From the IMG/VR virus record IMGVR_UViG_3300017783_000010, positions 5,724-69,723 of that record: 64,000 nucleotides of DNA. One strand, written 5' to 3'. The translations under genes and the position numbers were made by a program. The notes beneath the pieces were generated by a model that saw only the letters and a program-made list of their open reading frames with translations, searched no databases and was not told the origin of the DNA. The DNA is from a virus. Shown here piece after piece: positions 9,894 through 19,090 of this stretch (positions within the stretch are counted from its first letter, which is position 1; each line of letters starts with the position of its first letter).

Positions 9894-10624
9894 TTAGTAT
9901 ACAAGAAACAGATTTGATGCTTTTATTAGTAAATAGAGGATTCACAAAAAATGCTGCTGACAATCTTATTACAGCTATAAAGAGGTCAGTAGACTCTAAG
10001 GTAACAAATGACAGGTCAGATATTGAGAAGAGATACGGAATCAGTGCGGATACTAAGCTTATCCATATGCTGTGGCAGAGATATTGTATTTATATAAATA
10101 TTAAGCCTAACTCAAAATTAAAGGGTGTAAGCCTAAATTTGGTTAGGGATGCGTGCATTTGCTTGCAATATATTTGTATAGAATTAGGGATGGACTTAGA
10201 TTTACAAACTATAGATCGTTTCTTAAAGTATTCACATTATATTAGTGAGAAGTCTGGTTATACTAGATTATCCTTGAGAGCTTTATCTTATAATACGGAT
10301 AAGGTATTAGAAGTATTTAATAAGGCGAATATAGTAAAGGAATCTGGGGATTTCACATTGATACGTAGAATGCAGAGAAAATATGCACGCTGCTTAAAAA
10401 TAAACATGGTAGCAGAACTTGACAATGTAGAAAATATTTATTATTTTTATACAGCATTACAGAACATAAAAAGGCATACTTCCTATAATGAGAAGAGCAG
10501 CGAGAAAATGGTTGACCTATTCATTCATAATAATATGTCTTACTGGAAGGATAAAGGGGTAATACCTACCCCAAAGAGTTTAGCGGACATAAGAGCGTTG
10601 TCCGCACTAAGCAAATTAAAATAA
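9890..10624 (+). CDS. Hypothetical protein
   Basis: 244-aa ORF coupled within the replication operon. Confidence 0.6.
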   Translation: MISIQETDLMLLLVNRGFTKNAADNLITAIKRSVDSKVTNDRSDIEKRYGISADTKLIHMLWQRYCIYINIKPNSKLKGVSLNLVRDACICLQYICIELGMDLDLQTIDRFLKYSHYISEKSGYTRLSLRALSYNTDKVLEVFNKANIVKESGDFTLIRRMQRKYARCLKINMVAELDNVENIYYFYTALQNIKRHTSYNEKSSEKMVDLFIHNNMSYWKDKGVIPTPKSLADIRALSALSKLK

Positions 10625-10629
10625 AATAA

Positions 10630-10968
10630 ATGCTAAAAAAGAAAATTAAGAAATACCAGTTTGATATTCTACAAGAGAATATACATATTCAGAATGATGC
10701 GCCTGTTGGAGCAGATATGAAGGTGTCTTATCGTAAAGAGCTAGAAAATTACCTTCATACTAATGGTATGACTATCAAACAGTTAAGTCAAAAATACACT
10801 AAAGAGCGTATGACAGCTCGTATGAGAGGGAGATTATTAACGGCTTATACTAAAGCTGTTCATATATATTCTCCTGTTGGAAGAAATGTATTAGCAGAGG
10901 AACTAGGAAAGACTGAAAGCCAATTAAACTCATTATTGAAGGCATTAAGAAACCGCAAAGTAAAATGA
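10630..10968 (+). CDS. Hypothetical protein, possible HTH DNA-binding
   Basis: C-terminal RNVLAEELGKTESQLNSLLKAL helix-turn-helix-like. Confidence 0.45.
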   Translation: MLKKKIKKYQFDILQENIHIQNDAPVGADMKVSYRKELENYLHTNGMTIKQLSQKYTKERMTARMRGRLLTAYTKAVHIYSPVGRNVLAEELGKTESQLNSLLKALRNRKVK

Positions 10969-12359
10969 GAATAAAGATAGATAACCTACATGGTATATGT
11001 GATTATACACATCCTAAATTTCAAGCACTGAGAGAAGAATATAAGGTAGCTAATCCTGATTATTGGAGAGCAGTAAAGATGTCCCCTTATGCTCAGAAGT
11101 ATTATTACTTCATTACTCAAAAAGGTAAGTTTAGTTTAGGGCATTTGCCCGCAATTGTGCGCTTATGCGATCAGCTAGACATCTCTATTGAGGTTGAGGA
11201 TACTAGATTGCATAAGCAAATATTTAAACCTTTCAGTAAGCAGCTAGGGGAGTATACCTTATATGACCATCAATATAAAGCATTACAGCTTTCTAGTAAT
11301 ACCTTGACTATTTCTGGTCAATATATACCCTATAATAGAGGTATATATAAGATGGCTACGAATAGTGGTAAATCCTTTATTATTGCAAGCAAATGCGTGC
11401 ATCTAAATGAAGGGCATAAAGCTGTAATATTTGTTCATACAGTAGACCTACTAAACCAGTTCTTTAAAACACTAAAGAATTTTGGATTAAATGTAGGCAC
11501 ATTTGGAGGTAAACATAAAAAGACTTCTGTATTTCTTGATTGTGATGTAATCATATCTACCTACAAATCTTATCTATCTTATCACACAAAATCTAGGGAT
11601 GTAAAAGCATTCACAAAGTCGGTAGATTTACTGATTGTAGATGAATGTCACAGAGCATCAGCAAAAGATTATGCTAGAACTATTAAACTTTTTAAAAATG
11701 CAACAAATTTTTATGGCTTTAGTGGTACACCATTCAAGAATGTGATATTAGCAGATAAAAACGTTCAAGGATTATTTGGAGATATCCTCATGGAGGTAAG
11801 TAATGAGGATATGCAAAAGATAGGTGTATCATTAACTCCTGTCGTAAAAATGTATGAAGTAGAATGCGATTATTTTTATTCTTATCAAGAATCTTATGAG
11901 AATAATATCGTATTCTCGCAAGCTAGAGTAGATAAGATGGCTCAATATATTAAACATAATCCAGACCGTCAAATACTAATCCCTGTTAAACGGCTAGATC
12001 ATGGTAAGTTTATATATGAGGCTTTACATAAAATTTGTGATTGTAGATTTCTTTCAGCTACTCACAAATTTAGAGACTATCTATTTGAGCAGTATAGTAA
12101 AAAGGAGTATCAAGTTCTCATTACTACGCTTGGTCAAGAAGGATTAAACTTGCCAATTGACGCATTAATTTATGCTAGAGCAGAAGAGTCGATTGTAAGC
12201 CTTCTTCAATATATAGGCAGAATATTAAGGCTAGAGGGCACTACTAAAAATATTGAGATTGTAGATTTCTATGATAAAGACAATAAAAACCTAGAGAAGC
12301 ATAGCAAGAAAAGACTTCAAATATACAATAAAGAAAAATTTAAAATAGAAAATAATTAA
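10965..12359 (+). CDS. Superfamily 2 DNA helicase (UvsW/T5 D10-like)
   Basis: LYDHQ, ATNSGKS, DECH, SGTP, EGLN, QYIGRILR. Confidence 0.9.
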   Translation: MRIKIDNLHGICDYTHPKFQALREEYKVANPDYWRAVKMSPYAQKYYYFITQKGKFSLGHLPAIVRLCDQLDISIEVEDTRLHKQIFKPFSKQLGEYTLYDHQYKALQLSSNTLTISGQYIPYNRGIYKMATNSGKSFIIASKCVHLNEGHKAVIFVHTVDLLNQFFKTLKNFGLNVGTFGGKHKKTSVFLDCDVIISTYKSYLSYHTKSRDVKAFTKSVDLLIVDECHRASAKDYARTIKLFKNATNFYGFSGTPFKNVILADKNVQGLFGDILMEVSNEDMQKIGVSLTPVVKMYEVECDYFYSYQESYENNIVFSQARVDKMAQYIKHNPDRQILIPVKRLDHGKFIYEALHKICDCRFLSATHKFRDYLFEQYSKKEYQVLITTLGQEGLNLPIDALIYARAEESIVSLLQYIGRILRLEGTTKNIEIVDFYDKDNKNLEKHSKKRLQIYNKEKFKIENN

Positions 12360-12434
12360 TAAAGGGTAATAACTTTAAAAACAAGCACTGCAGAGGTTAT
12401 TACTTATAAAAATTTTGTGGTGCGTTAATTTATT

Positions 12435-12653
12435 ATGGAAACATTACTTAAAATGCTAAATGTTATTTCTTGGATATGTGTAACTGGATGTCCGTTAGTA
12501 ATAGTAATAAAGGTATGTCTACAAAGCAAGTATGAAAACTCATTAGATGAAAAAATAGATATGCTAAAAGGTGTAAAAACTGTATACACACGTGGACTAT
12601 TAAAGTTGAGTATATTATTTGTAGTCGCGTTAGTCTATTTGATTGTGCGATAA
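12435..12653 (+). CDS. Cassette gene, two-TM membrane protein
   Basis: 72 aa; bracketed by ttgtggtgc / gcaccacaac. Confidence 0.65.
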   Translation: METLLKMLNVISWICVTGCPLVIVIKVCLQSKYENSLDEKIDMLKGVKTVYTRGLLKLSILFVVALVYLIVR

Positions 12654-12726
12654 TGCACCACAACGCTAAATGTAAAAAGCGTTTAGGAACGAAATGATTA
12701 GTTACATAATGTTATAAATTTTAATT

Positions 12727-12858
12727 ATGGATATAGAAAAGGAATTTGAAGAACTAAAAGAACTAATAAAAGACACTTACGAGTTTATGGATAGAGACAA
12801 ACTTGACAAGGCTTTAGAAAAACTTGAAAAAATAAGGGTAGACGTGATTGGCAAGTAA
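12727..12858 (+). CDS. Cassette gene, 43-aa hypothetical (not in ORF track)
   Basis: Manual translation MDIEKEFEELKELIKDTYEFMDRDKLDKALEKLEKIRVDVIGK*. Confidence 0.6.
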   Translation: MDIEKEFEELKELIKDTYEFMDRDKLDKALEKLEKIRVDVIGK

Positions 12859-12944
12859 ATGTTTGCTAACGGACGAGTACAAGGTGTCGTAGCGACCTAA
12901 ACAGCACGAAACATTGAATTATAAACAACTTAAATAGATACAAA

Positions 12945-13256
12945 ATGAACTTAATTAAAACACTTACTCGCTATGCACTTTGTACATTGTTAGTTGTCTG
13001 GGCGACTTCTTGCACGGACTCTCGTTTTAAATTACTGAACCGAAATAAAAACGTAGAAATAGGCGATGTTTATTTATATAGCCACGATTGGGATGAAGAA
13101 GACCCATTTGCTAAGATAGAAATAGACACAGTAAGGGTGATTGATGTAAAAGATGGTTATGTAAAATGGCTTTATAAATTAAGTGAAAAAGATAGTAGTT
13201 TTTATTTGAGTGGAAAACTAAAGTATTTTAAGCACAACATTAAGCCTTTCAACTAA
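12945..13256 (+). CDS. Cassette gene, putative lipoprotein
   Basis: Hydrophobic N-terminus ending in WATSC lipobox-like motif; start lies inside the upstream hairpin loop. Confidence 0.6.
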   Translation: MNLIKTLTRYALCTLLVVWATSCTDSRFKLLNRNKNVEIGDVYLYSHDWDEEDPFAKIEIDTVRVIDVKDGYVKWLYKLSEKDSSFYLSGKLKYFKHNIKPFN

Positions 13257-13353
13257 TGTTGAATCTATAAAGCGTGGCGACACGCACAGTATTAATTATT
13301 AACCTTTAACAAGTCCTAGCCATGATTTTATAGATAGTGTTAGGCACAGTTTT

Positions 13354-13593
13354 ATGAGATGGAAAGATAAAAATAATGACGGGTTTTATAAAGGTAAAAA
13401 CAAAGGGTTTTACTTTACTATATCACATGCAAGAGACTATGATGCTTTTTATGTTGTTGCATCCCATCAAAAGAAAGATATTAGATTAAACACTTTGTGG
13501 GAAAATAAGACTTTTAAAACATTTGAATTAGCAGAAGAGTTTTGTAAAACCTTTGACTATAGAAAACACAGATGTATAGGTGACAATACTTAA
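13354..13593 (+). CDS. Cassette gene, hypothetical
   Basis: 79 aa; bracketed by gttaggcaca / tgtgcctaac. Confidence 0.65.
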   Translation: MRWKDKNNDGFYKGKNKGFYFTISHARDYDAFYVVASHQKKDIRLNTLWENKTFKTFELAEEFCKTFDYRKHRCIGDNT

Positions 13594-13655
13594 TTGTGCC
13601 TAACGGTTTATGTATGAGCCGTTGAAATCTAATAAACTTAATAAAAAATTAAACA

Positions 13656-13946
13656 ATGAATAAAGCAAAAAGTAAATTAATAGAAGCTAAAAAATGGCTT
13701 ATACATTTTGTTATGGTGCGTATATTTTTAATAAGTACGCACAAACGCCAAAACTACTTAATAGATAAACACGCAAGTATGTTTTTAGGGTTACAGAACA
13801 TAGCAAAAAAGTACGATAATGACGGAGATGTTAGGACAGCAATGTACATTAGTAGTAAAAGCTACGAACATTTAAATTGGTTTGCTGAATACTGCGGAGT
13901 TTTGAATATAGACCAAGTTAAAAGGATGCGACAATATGCACCATAA
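13656..13946 (+). CDS. Cassette gene, hypothetical
   Basis: 96 aa; stop codon is the TAA of TAAC; start inside the upstream hairpin loop. Confidence 0.6.
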   Translation: MNKAKSKLIEAKKWLIHFVMVRIFLISTHKRQNYLIDKHASMFLGLQNIAKKYDNDGDVRTAMYISSKSYEHLNWFAEYCGVLNIDQVKRMRQYAP

Positions 13947-14005
13947 CGGATTACGGCTAAACTGCGTTGCCGAAGAAATGCAGTATCAATTAAACACATA
14001 AGATT

Positions 14006-14206
14006 ATGAGCAATGAAGTTTTAGCCGATGTTAGCTTTCCGTTATTCCAAGATTTATATGGTAGCTACGTTCAAATGGATGATAGATTTGAAACGGTGCA
14101 TATATGGAGTGAGAAACTAGCAATGAAAAACAAAGGTAGGTGGAAGCCATTATTAATTAGCAAGAAATTGTATGACCAAGAAAAAAAGCACTCTTGGAAT
14201 AATTGA
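14006..14206 (+). CDS. Cassette gene, hypothetical
   Basis: 66 aa; start at the loop/arm boundary of the upstream hairpin; gttagctt / aagctaac ends. Confidence 0.55.
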   Translation: MSNEVLADVSFPLFQDLYGSYVQMDDRFETVHIWSEKLAMKNKGRWKPLLISKKLYDQEKKHSWNN

Positions 14207-14337
14207 AGCTAACGGACGAGTGTATGAAAAAGTAGCCCATACATGGACGTTCGGAATTATTACAAAACTTAATTAGGCTATTTTTTATACACATTGTTAG
14301 CTTTTCGTTTGGAAATCTAGCACAAAACTTAATAGAA

Positions 14338-14628
14338 ATGAACAGTTTATCACACAAAAGTTATGGGGCAATTTATGTTAATAACCCTAAAGACATTAAA
14401 AAAGTAAAAGAAGTAATTAAAGAAATGGATGAGTTTGAATTTGACTATTTGCCATCAGAACTAATAAAGCCTTTTGCTGAATATCCTGCTGTTTGCTACA
14501 CACATAAATTCTCTGATTTAGACACAGATGATTTAACAGCAAAATGTTGGGCAAAAGGAATTATGATTTGGGTGTTTGACGCAAGAACGGAATATCCTAA
14601 AAATGCACTAAGCGAAAATGAAAGCTAA
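14338..14628 (+). CDS. Cassette gene, hypothetical
   Basis: 96 aa; gttagcttt / aaagctaac ends. Confidence 0.65.
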   Translation: MNSLSHKSYGAIYVNNPKDIKKVKEVIKEMDEFEFDYLPSELIKPFAEYPAVCYTHKFSDLDTDDLTAKCWAKGIMIWVFDARTEYPKNALSENES

Positions 14629-14663
14629 CATAGTATATAAGACATATAGCTGATATTTTTTAG

Positions 14664-14719
14664 GATTTGCTTGCAATTGCGCGCAAATCTTTTTAACTTG
14701 GCCTCATTAACTAATTAAA
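14664..14719 (+). promoter_or_regulatory. Promoter/operator module, repeated at 23219-23274
   Basis: gatttgcttgcaattgcg(c/a)gcaaatcttttt-aa(c/a)ttg...tcatta-ctaattaaa in both places directly upstream of genes. Confidence 0.6.
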
Positions 14720-14729
14720 AATATAAGAT

Positions 14730-14921
14730 ATGCTACGTTTAGTTGTTTTAGTAATTTATTGTAAGATGCAAGCATTTGCTTGTGGTAGTATTGAATCTCC
14801 TGATACGTGTATGGAGATGGTATATGATACTACTAAATATGTCGTATCAATAGATTCCTTTAAGTATACTAATTTTATGGAAGAGGGAGTTTGTTTTATT
14901 CATGTGGATACTTTAAAATAA
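14730..14921 (+). CDS. Hypothetical protein
   Basis: 63-aa ORF after the promoter module. Confidence 0.45.
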   Translation: MLRLVVLVIYCKMQAFACGSIESPDTCMEMVYDTTKYVVSIDSFKYTNFMEEGVCFIHVDTLK

Positions 14922-14930
14922 GATAAAATA

Positions 14931-16121
14931 ATGAAACAAGAAAAAATATTAAATGGGATTGCTTTCATTGAGATGGCTGTAGAAATATTAAAGCCCCGAT
15001 CATTAGAGCAAAAATGTAAAAAGGTATATACTAGAAACACCTATATTTCTTATGTGTTTCAATTATTATCCATTTTAACAGGATTAAGTTTTATAGGGTA
15101 TATAGGTAATGAACTTAAAGGAGTATTGTTTATCATATCTTCTTTAGTTTTATTCATTTTGCTTGCAATGATTGAGGCAAGTAAAAGAATACTAATAAAA
15201 GATATAGCTAAACTTTATTTTTCTGAAAATGAGATAAAGTATGTATCTTTATTTTTGTTGGTTATTATATTAGCTGCTTCTGCTAGTATTAGTTATGTGG
15301 GAGGCAGTAAAATACCTTCTGTGATTGTGTCAAGCCAGTCTATTGATTCAACTCAAGTAGCAGAGGTTATTCCTTCTATTCAACTAGACTATACTAGAAA
15401 TCAACTAGATTCAATAGCTAAGTCAATCAGAAAGCAAGAAGCGACTACATATAGAGGAAAAGTAGTTAGGACGGCTAACAATAATTTAACAATACTATAT
15501 GACCAACAATCAGAATATCAAAGTACTCTTTTAGAGTTAGAAAAGGAGCATCAAAAAAAGTTAGATGCTAGGAATCAAGCTTTAGCTGCTATAAAAGAAA
15601 CTAGAGATTTAAAAATAGAAGGTGTCGGATACATCTTTGGAGGAGTAGCTGTTTTTAGTGATATTATGTTAGTGTTTCTTTTATACTTTGCGTATAATTC
15701 CTTGAGAAAAGTTTATAAAAAACATCAAACAAGTACTATACTAAATGCTTATAATGTAACGTTAGAAGAAACGCAAGTACTTGCTAAAGTACCTGAAATC
15801 AAGGAGTTACATGAGCCAAAAGTAACGTTACAAGAAACGCTAGAAGAAAAAGTAACGTTACAAGAAACGCTAGAAGAAACGCAAGAAGAAAAAGTAGCGT
15901 TACAAGAAACGCAAGAAGAAAAAGTAAAAACGGAAGAGGCTACTATAAAAAATGTTCTAAAGATGCCTAAAGCTAAAACTAAAAAAGTCGAAGTAGTAAA
16001 AGGACATTCTAAACAAAGGCGTTGTGATAACTGCGGAGCATCTTATGAATATAAAAGACCAAGTTCGAGGTTTTGTAGTTCAAAATGTAGATTAGAAAAC
16101 CATCAAAATAAAAATAAGTAA
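14931..16121 (+). CDS. Multi-TM coiled-coil protein with C-terminal Cys4 Zn-finger
   Basis: About 4 hydrophobic segments, TLQETLEE repeats, CDNC...FCSSKCR. Confidence 0.65.
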   Translation: MKQEKILNGIAFIEMAVEILKPRSLEQKCKKVYTRNTYISYVFQLLSILTGLSFIGYIGNELKGVLFIISSLVLFILLAMIEASKRILIKDIAKLYFSENEIKYVSLFLLVIILAASASISYVGGSKIPSVIVSSQSIDSTQVAEVIPSIQLDYTRNQLDSIAKSIRKQEATTYRGKVVRTANNNLTILYDQQSEYQSTLLELEKEHQKKLDARNQALAAIKETRDLKIEGVGYIFGGVAVFSDIMLVFLLYFAYNSLRKVYKKHQTSTILNAYNVTLEETQVLAKVPEIKELHEPKVTLQETLEEKVTLQETLEETQEEKVALQETQEEKVKTEEATIKNVLKMPKAKTKKVEVVKGHSKQRRCDNCGASYEYKRPSSRFCSSKCRLENHQNKNK

Positions 16122-18247
16122 TGAAAGATATACCTCATAAAATTATAATGGATTTAGTAGACTTAGAGAAAATATTGGATTCTTGTGTAAAGTCTAAGTT
16201 ATTTTGTTGCGATTTTGAAACTAATACTGTAAATCCTTTTGATGATGATGCCTTAGCTACAATATTAGGATTTACTAATAGAGAGGATTTAATTTATATT
16301 CTACCTATTTATAATGTAGAGGGTACTGTTAGCGAAGAGTTTGTCAAAAAATCTTTTGACCTTATTGCATCAAAGATATTATCAAATTCGAATGTTAGGG
16401 TAATCGCACATAATCTTCAATATGAGTTACATTTCTTTAGATTATGTATGAATAATTATGACTTTGACTTTAAATGTGAGTTGCATGATACGATGGTTAT
16501 GAGTCATTTTATGAACGAAAATCGTAGGCATGGCCTAAAAGGCTTGGTAAATACATTCATAAAATCATATGCAGGCTATGAAAGCGAGTTAAGTCAGTAT
16601 ATGACTGAGAAGAATGATTACTATAATATAAAGTTAGAGCATCTAGCTAGATATTGTGCTATTGATGTTTATGTTACCTTAAAACTTTTTGTGATGTTCG
16701 AGAAAAGGTTGAAAGGAGATGATGAGCATAAAAGGTTATGGGAATGTTATAGTAAAATTAAGATGCCTGCATTGCTCGCTCTTAATGAGGCTACCTCAAA
16801 GGGGATGCATATAGATTTAGAGTTGCTTGCAACTACAATAGAAAAGGTAACAAAAATACAAGAGCAGAAATATGAGGCTATACTCTCTTCTAATGTTCTT
16901 CAAGAATTTCAGTTTGCTAAACGTAAAGAAGCATATGATGCTAGGGTATCTTTATGTAGGGCTAAGATGAAGGAATATAAAGAGCAAGGAAAGAGGGCTT
17001 TTTATAAAAGATGGTCTACTAATTTAGATAAAGCTAATAATAAGCCTAGTGAGGAATGGTATTCTATAAATTTGAATAGTCCTGCTCAGATGAAAGAATT
17101 AATATATACTCATCGTAAAGGATTTAATTATTCTTCTTTAGGTTTATCTAGTGAAACAACAGATTCGTATCAACTAATGGAAATATACCGAATTTTTCCA
17201 TATAATACTTTTTTAGTTAATTTGCTTGCTTATAGGACAGTGAGTAAAATACTAAATACTTATCTGATAGGTATAAGAGATAGGCTAGATGGAGATAAAA
17301 TACATGGTAGGTTTAACATTAATGGTACAAAAACAGGCCGCATATCAAGTTCAGACCCAAATTTACAAAATTTAATTTCTCGTTCATCTATTGATGATGC
17401 GGACGTTCAAGATACTATCAAAATAGTAAAAAAGCTATTTATTGCTCCACAGGGGTATGATTTCGTACAGATTGATTATGCCACTATGGAGTTGAGAATT
17501 GCGGCGGCTTTTGCGGATGAAGGTAATATGATTAAAGCCTTTGCTAACGGTGAGGATTTACACGCTAAAACGGCGGCTAATGTTCTTGAGGGAGTCTCTG
17601 TAGAGGAATTTAATACTTATGAGAAGTCAAAAAGAAAAAAGATCAGATTCAAGGCGAAAGCCGTTAATTTTGGATTTCTTTATGGGATGAGTGCAGAGTC
17701 TTTTAAGGACTATGTTAAGAATATGACTGGACAAATTGTAAGTAGCGAAGAGGCTGTTCATATTAGAAATAAGTTTTTTAAAACTTATTCTAATCTTACC
17801 GATTGGTACACTAAGAGTAGCTCCTTTGTAACAAAATATTCATTTGTTAGGACATTCTTTGGTACTAAGAGAAGAGTAGGCTACTTATTTAATACTACTG
17901 AGAAGTATAAGATAAAAAGTCTCTCAGTAAACGCCCCAGTTCAAGGTACTAGCGGGTTATGGACTCTGGCGGCTATTGCTGAAATATATAAAGAATTTAA
18001 AAATAATGATTCGGTGGTGATAGCTAACACTATACATGATAGTGTTATATTTTATGTGAAAAGAGATCAAGACTATAATAGAAATCTACTAAGGATTCGT
18101 GAAATTATGGAATGGCCTTCGGTAGTAGAGGATTATCCTGCTGTAAAAACATATAAAGAAAACTTGAGGAAAATAGGATTAAAAGTAGATTTAGAGGTTT
18201 CTTCAAAGTCTTGGGGGGATTTAAAAGAAATTGACTTTCCCTCTTGA
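16121..18247 (+). CDS. polA: DNA polymerase family A with 3'-5' exonuclease
   Basis: DFET, HN, YCAID exonuclease motifs; TGRISSSDPNLQN, DYATMELR, KAVNFGFLYG, IHDS. Confidence 0.95.
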   Translation: MKDIPHKIIMDLVDLEKILDSCVKSKLFCCDFETNTVNPFDDDALATILGFTNREDLIYILPIYNVEGTVSEEFVKKSFDLIASKILSNSNVRVIAHNLQYELHFFRLCMNNYDFDFKCELHDTMVMSHFMNENRRHGLKGLVNTFIKSYAGYESELSQYMTEKNDYYNIKLEHLARYCAIDVYVTLKLFVMFEKRLKGDDEHKRLWECYSKIKMPALLALNEATSKGMHIDLELLATTIEKVTKIQEQKYEAILSSNVLQEFQFAKRKEAYDARVSLCRAKMKEYKEQGKRAFYKRWSTNLDKANNKPSEEWYSINLNSPAQMKELIYTHRKGFNYSSLGLSSETTDSYQLMEIYRIFPYNTFLVNLLAYRTVSKILNTYLIGIRDRLDGDKIHGRFNINGTKTGRISSSDPNLQNLISRSSIDDADVQDTIKIVKKLFIAPQGYDFVQIDYATMELRIAAAFADEGNMIKAFANGEDLHAKTAANVLEGVSVEEFNTYEKSKRKKIRFKAKAVNFGFLYGMSAESFKDYVKNMTGQIVSSEEAVHIRNKFFKTYSNLTDWYTKSSSFVTKYSFVRTFFGTKRRVGYLFNTTEKYKIKSLSVNAPVQGTSGLWTLAAIAEIYKEFKNNDSVVIANTIHDSVIFYVKRDQDYNRNLLRIREIMEWPSVVEDYPAVKTYKENLRKIGLKVDLEVSSKSWGDLKEIDFPS

Positions 18248-19010
18248 CTTTTACTATAAAATACATTATATTTGTAAAAGATTTTTTAACCAAAATAAGT
18301 ATATATATATGTCATTTTTAGAAGCATTTCAAACGCAAGAACCGGACAGAGACTTTAATTTTTTAGCAGGCAATAAACTAACTGAACAAGGAACTGACAT
18401 TATAATCAGTAATGTTTGTTTAGGCAATAAACCCTTAAAAAAGGTTGTATTTTGGGCGGAAAAATCCCCTTATATCAGCCAAAAAACATTCAAGGAACAA
18501 TGCCCCTTAGATGATGAGTTACTCGCCTTTTACAAGGCTTATCCGAAGGATTCTCCAGAAAGAGCAGCCCTGAAAAGCCAAAACAGGACTTTCTCAAAAA
18601 AGCAGCCTACCGACTTAGTTGTGTATATAATCAATGGGGATGAAGTAGATAATACCCCTGTGGTATTAAGTTGTGGTTCCGCTTTGTCTGATGCTATCTC
18701 TTCTATTTTAAGTAGCCCCCCAAAAGGCAGTAATGCGGAGGATTTTATTTTAAGCGCCAATGGTCAAGAGATATACCCGATAACGATTAGTAAATCGGGA
18801 ACAGGATTGAATACCAAATATCAAGCGCAAATGCATCTCACTAAATTTGAGTTTGATTCTCCAGAGGCCATCGAATCGGCAAAGGGGGTGGATTTATTAG
18901 GTATAGCTAGAGCAGAAGCTAATAGAAAGCCTATTTATGATGCTTTAGCTTATTTCAAGGACACGGTGGTTCCTACCTGTGTAGCAGGCGAAGTAAGCGA
19001 CAATATTTAG
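18231..19010 (+). CDS. Probable ssDNA-binding / replication accessory protein
   Basis: ITISKSGTGLNTKY motif seen in phage SSB-like proteins; between PolA and SbcD; likely start ATG 18309. Confidence 0.5.
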   Translation: MTFPLDFYYKIHYICKRFFNQNKYIYMSFLEAFQTQEPDRDFNFLAGNKLTEQGTDIIISNVCLGNKPLKKVVFWAEKSPYISQKTFKEQCPLDDELLAFYKAYPKDSPERAALKSQNRTFSKKQPTDLVVYIINGDEVDNTPVVLSCGSALSDAISSILSSPPKGSNAEDFILSANGQEIYPITISKSGTGLNTKYQAQMHLTKFEFDSPEAIESAKGVDLLGIARAEANRKPIYDALAYFKDTVVPTCVAGEVSDNI

Positions 19011-19090
19011 TATGATTTTTAATTAGTTAACTATAGAGGATGGCTTTCATTTTATGTTAGTCATCCTTTTTACTTTAAATTATAATTTGT

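Larger units (their letters stand above)
12415..14655 (+). mobile_element. Integron-like gene-cassette array 1 (7 genes, 6 attC-like hairpins, terminal site); no integrase
   Basis: AAC...stem...GTT spacers at 12658-12717, 12864-12995, 13251-13345, 13598-13716, 13941-14036, 14207-14302; gene-specific inverted ends. Confidence 0.8.

Noticed and set aside
12658-14302. Cassette spacers as simple intrinsic terminators
   Set aside because: Most lack a 3' U-tract, several contain start codons, and terminators would not explain the AAC/GTT boundaries or gene-specific inverted ends
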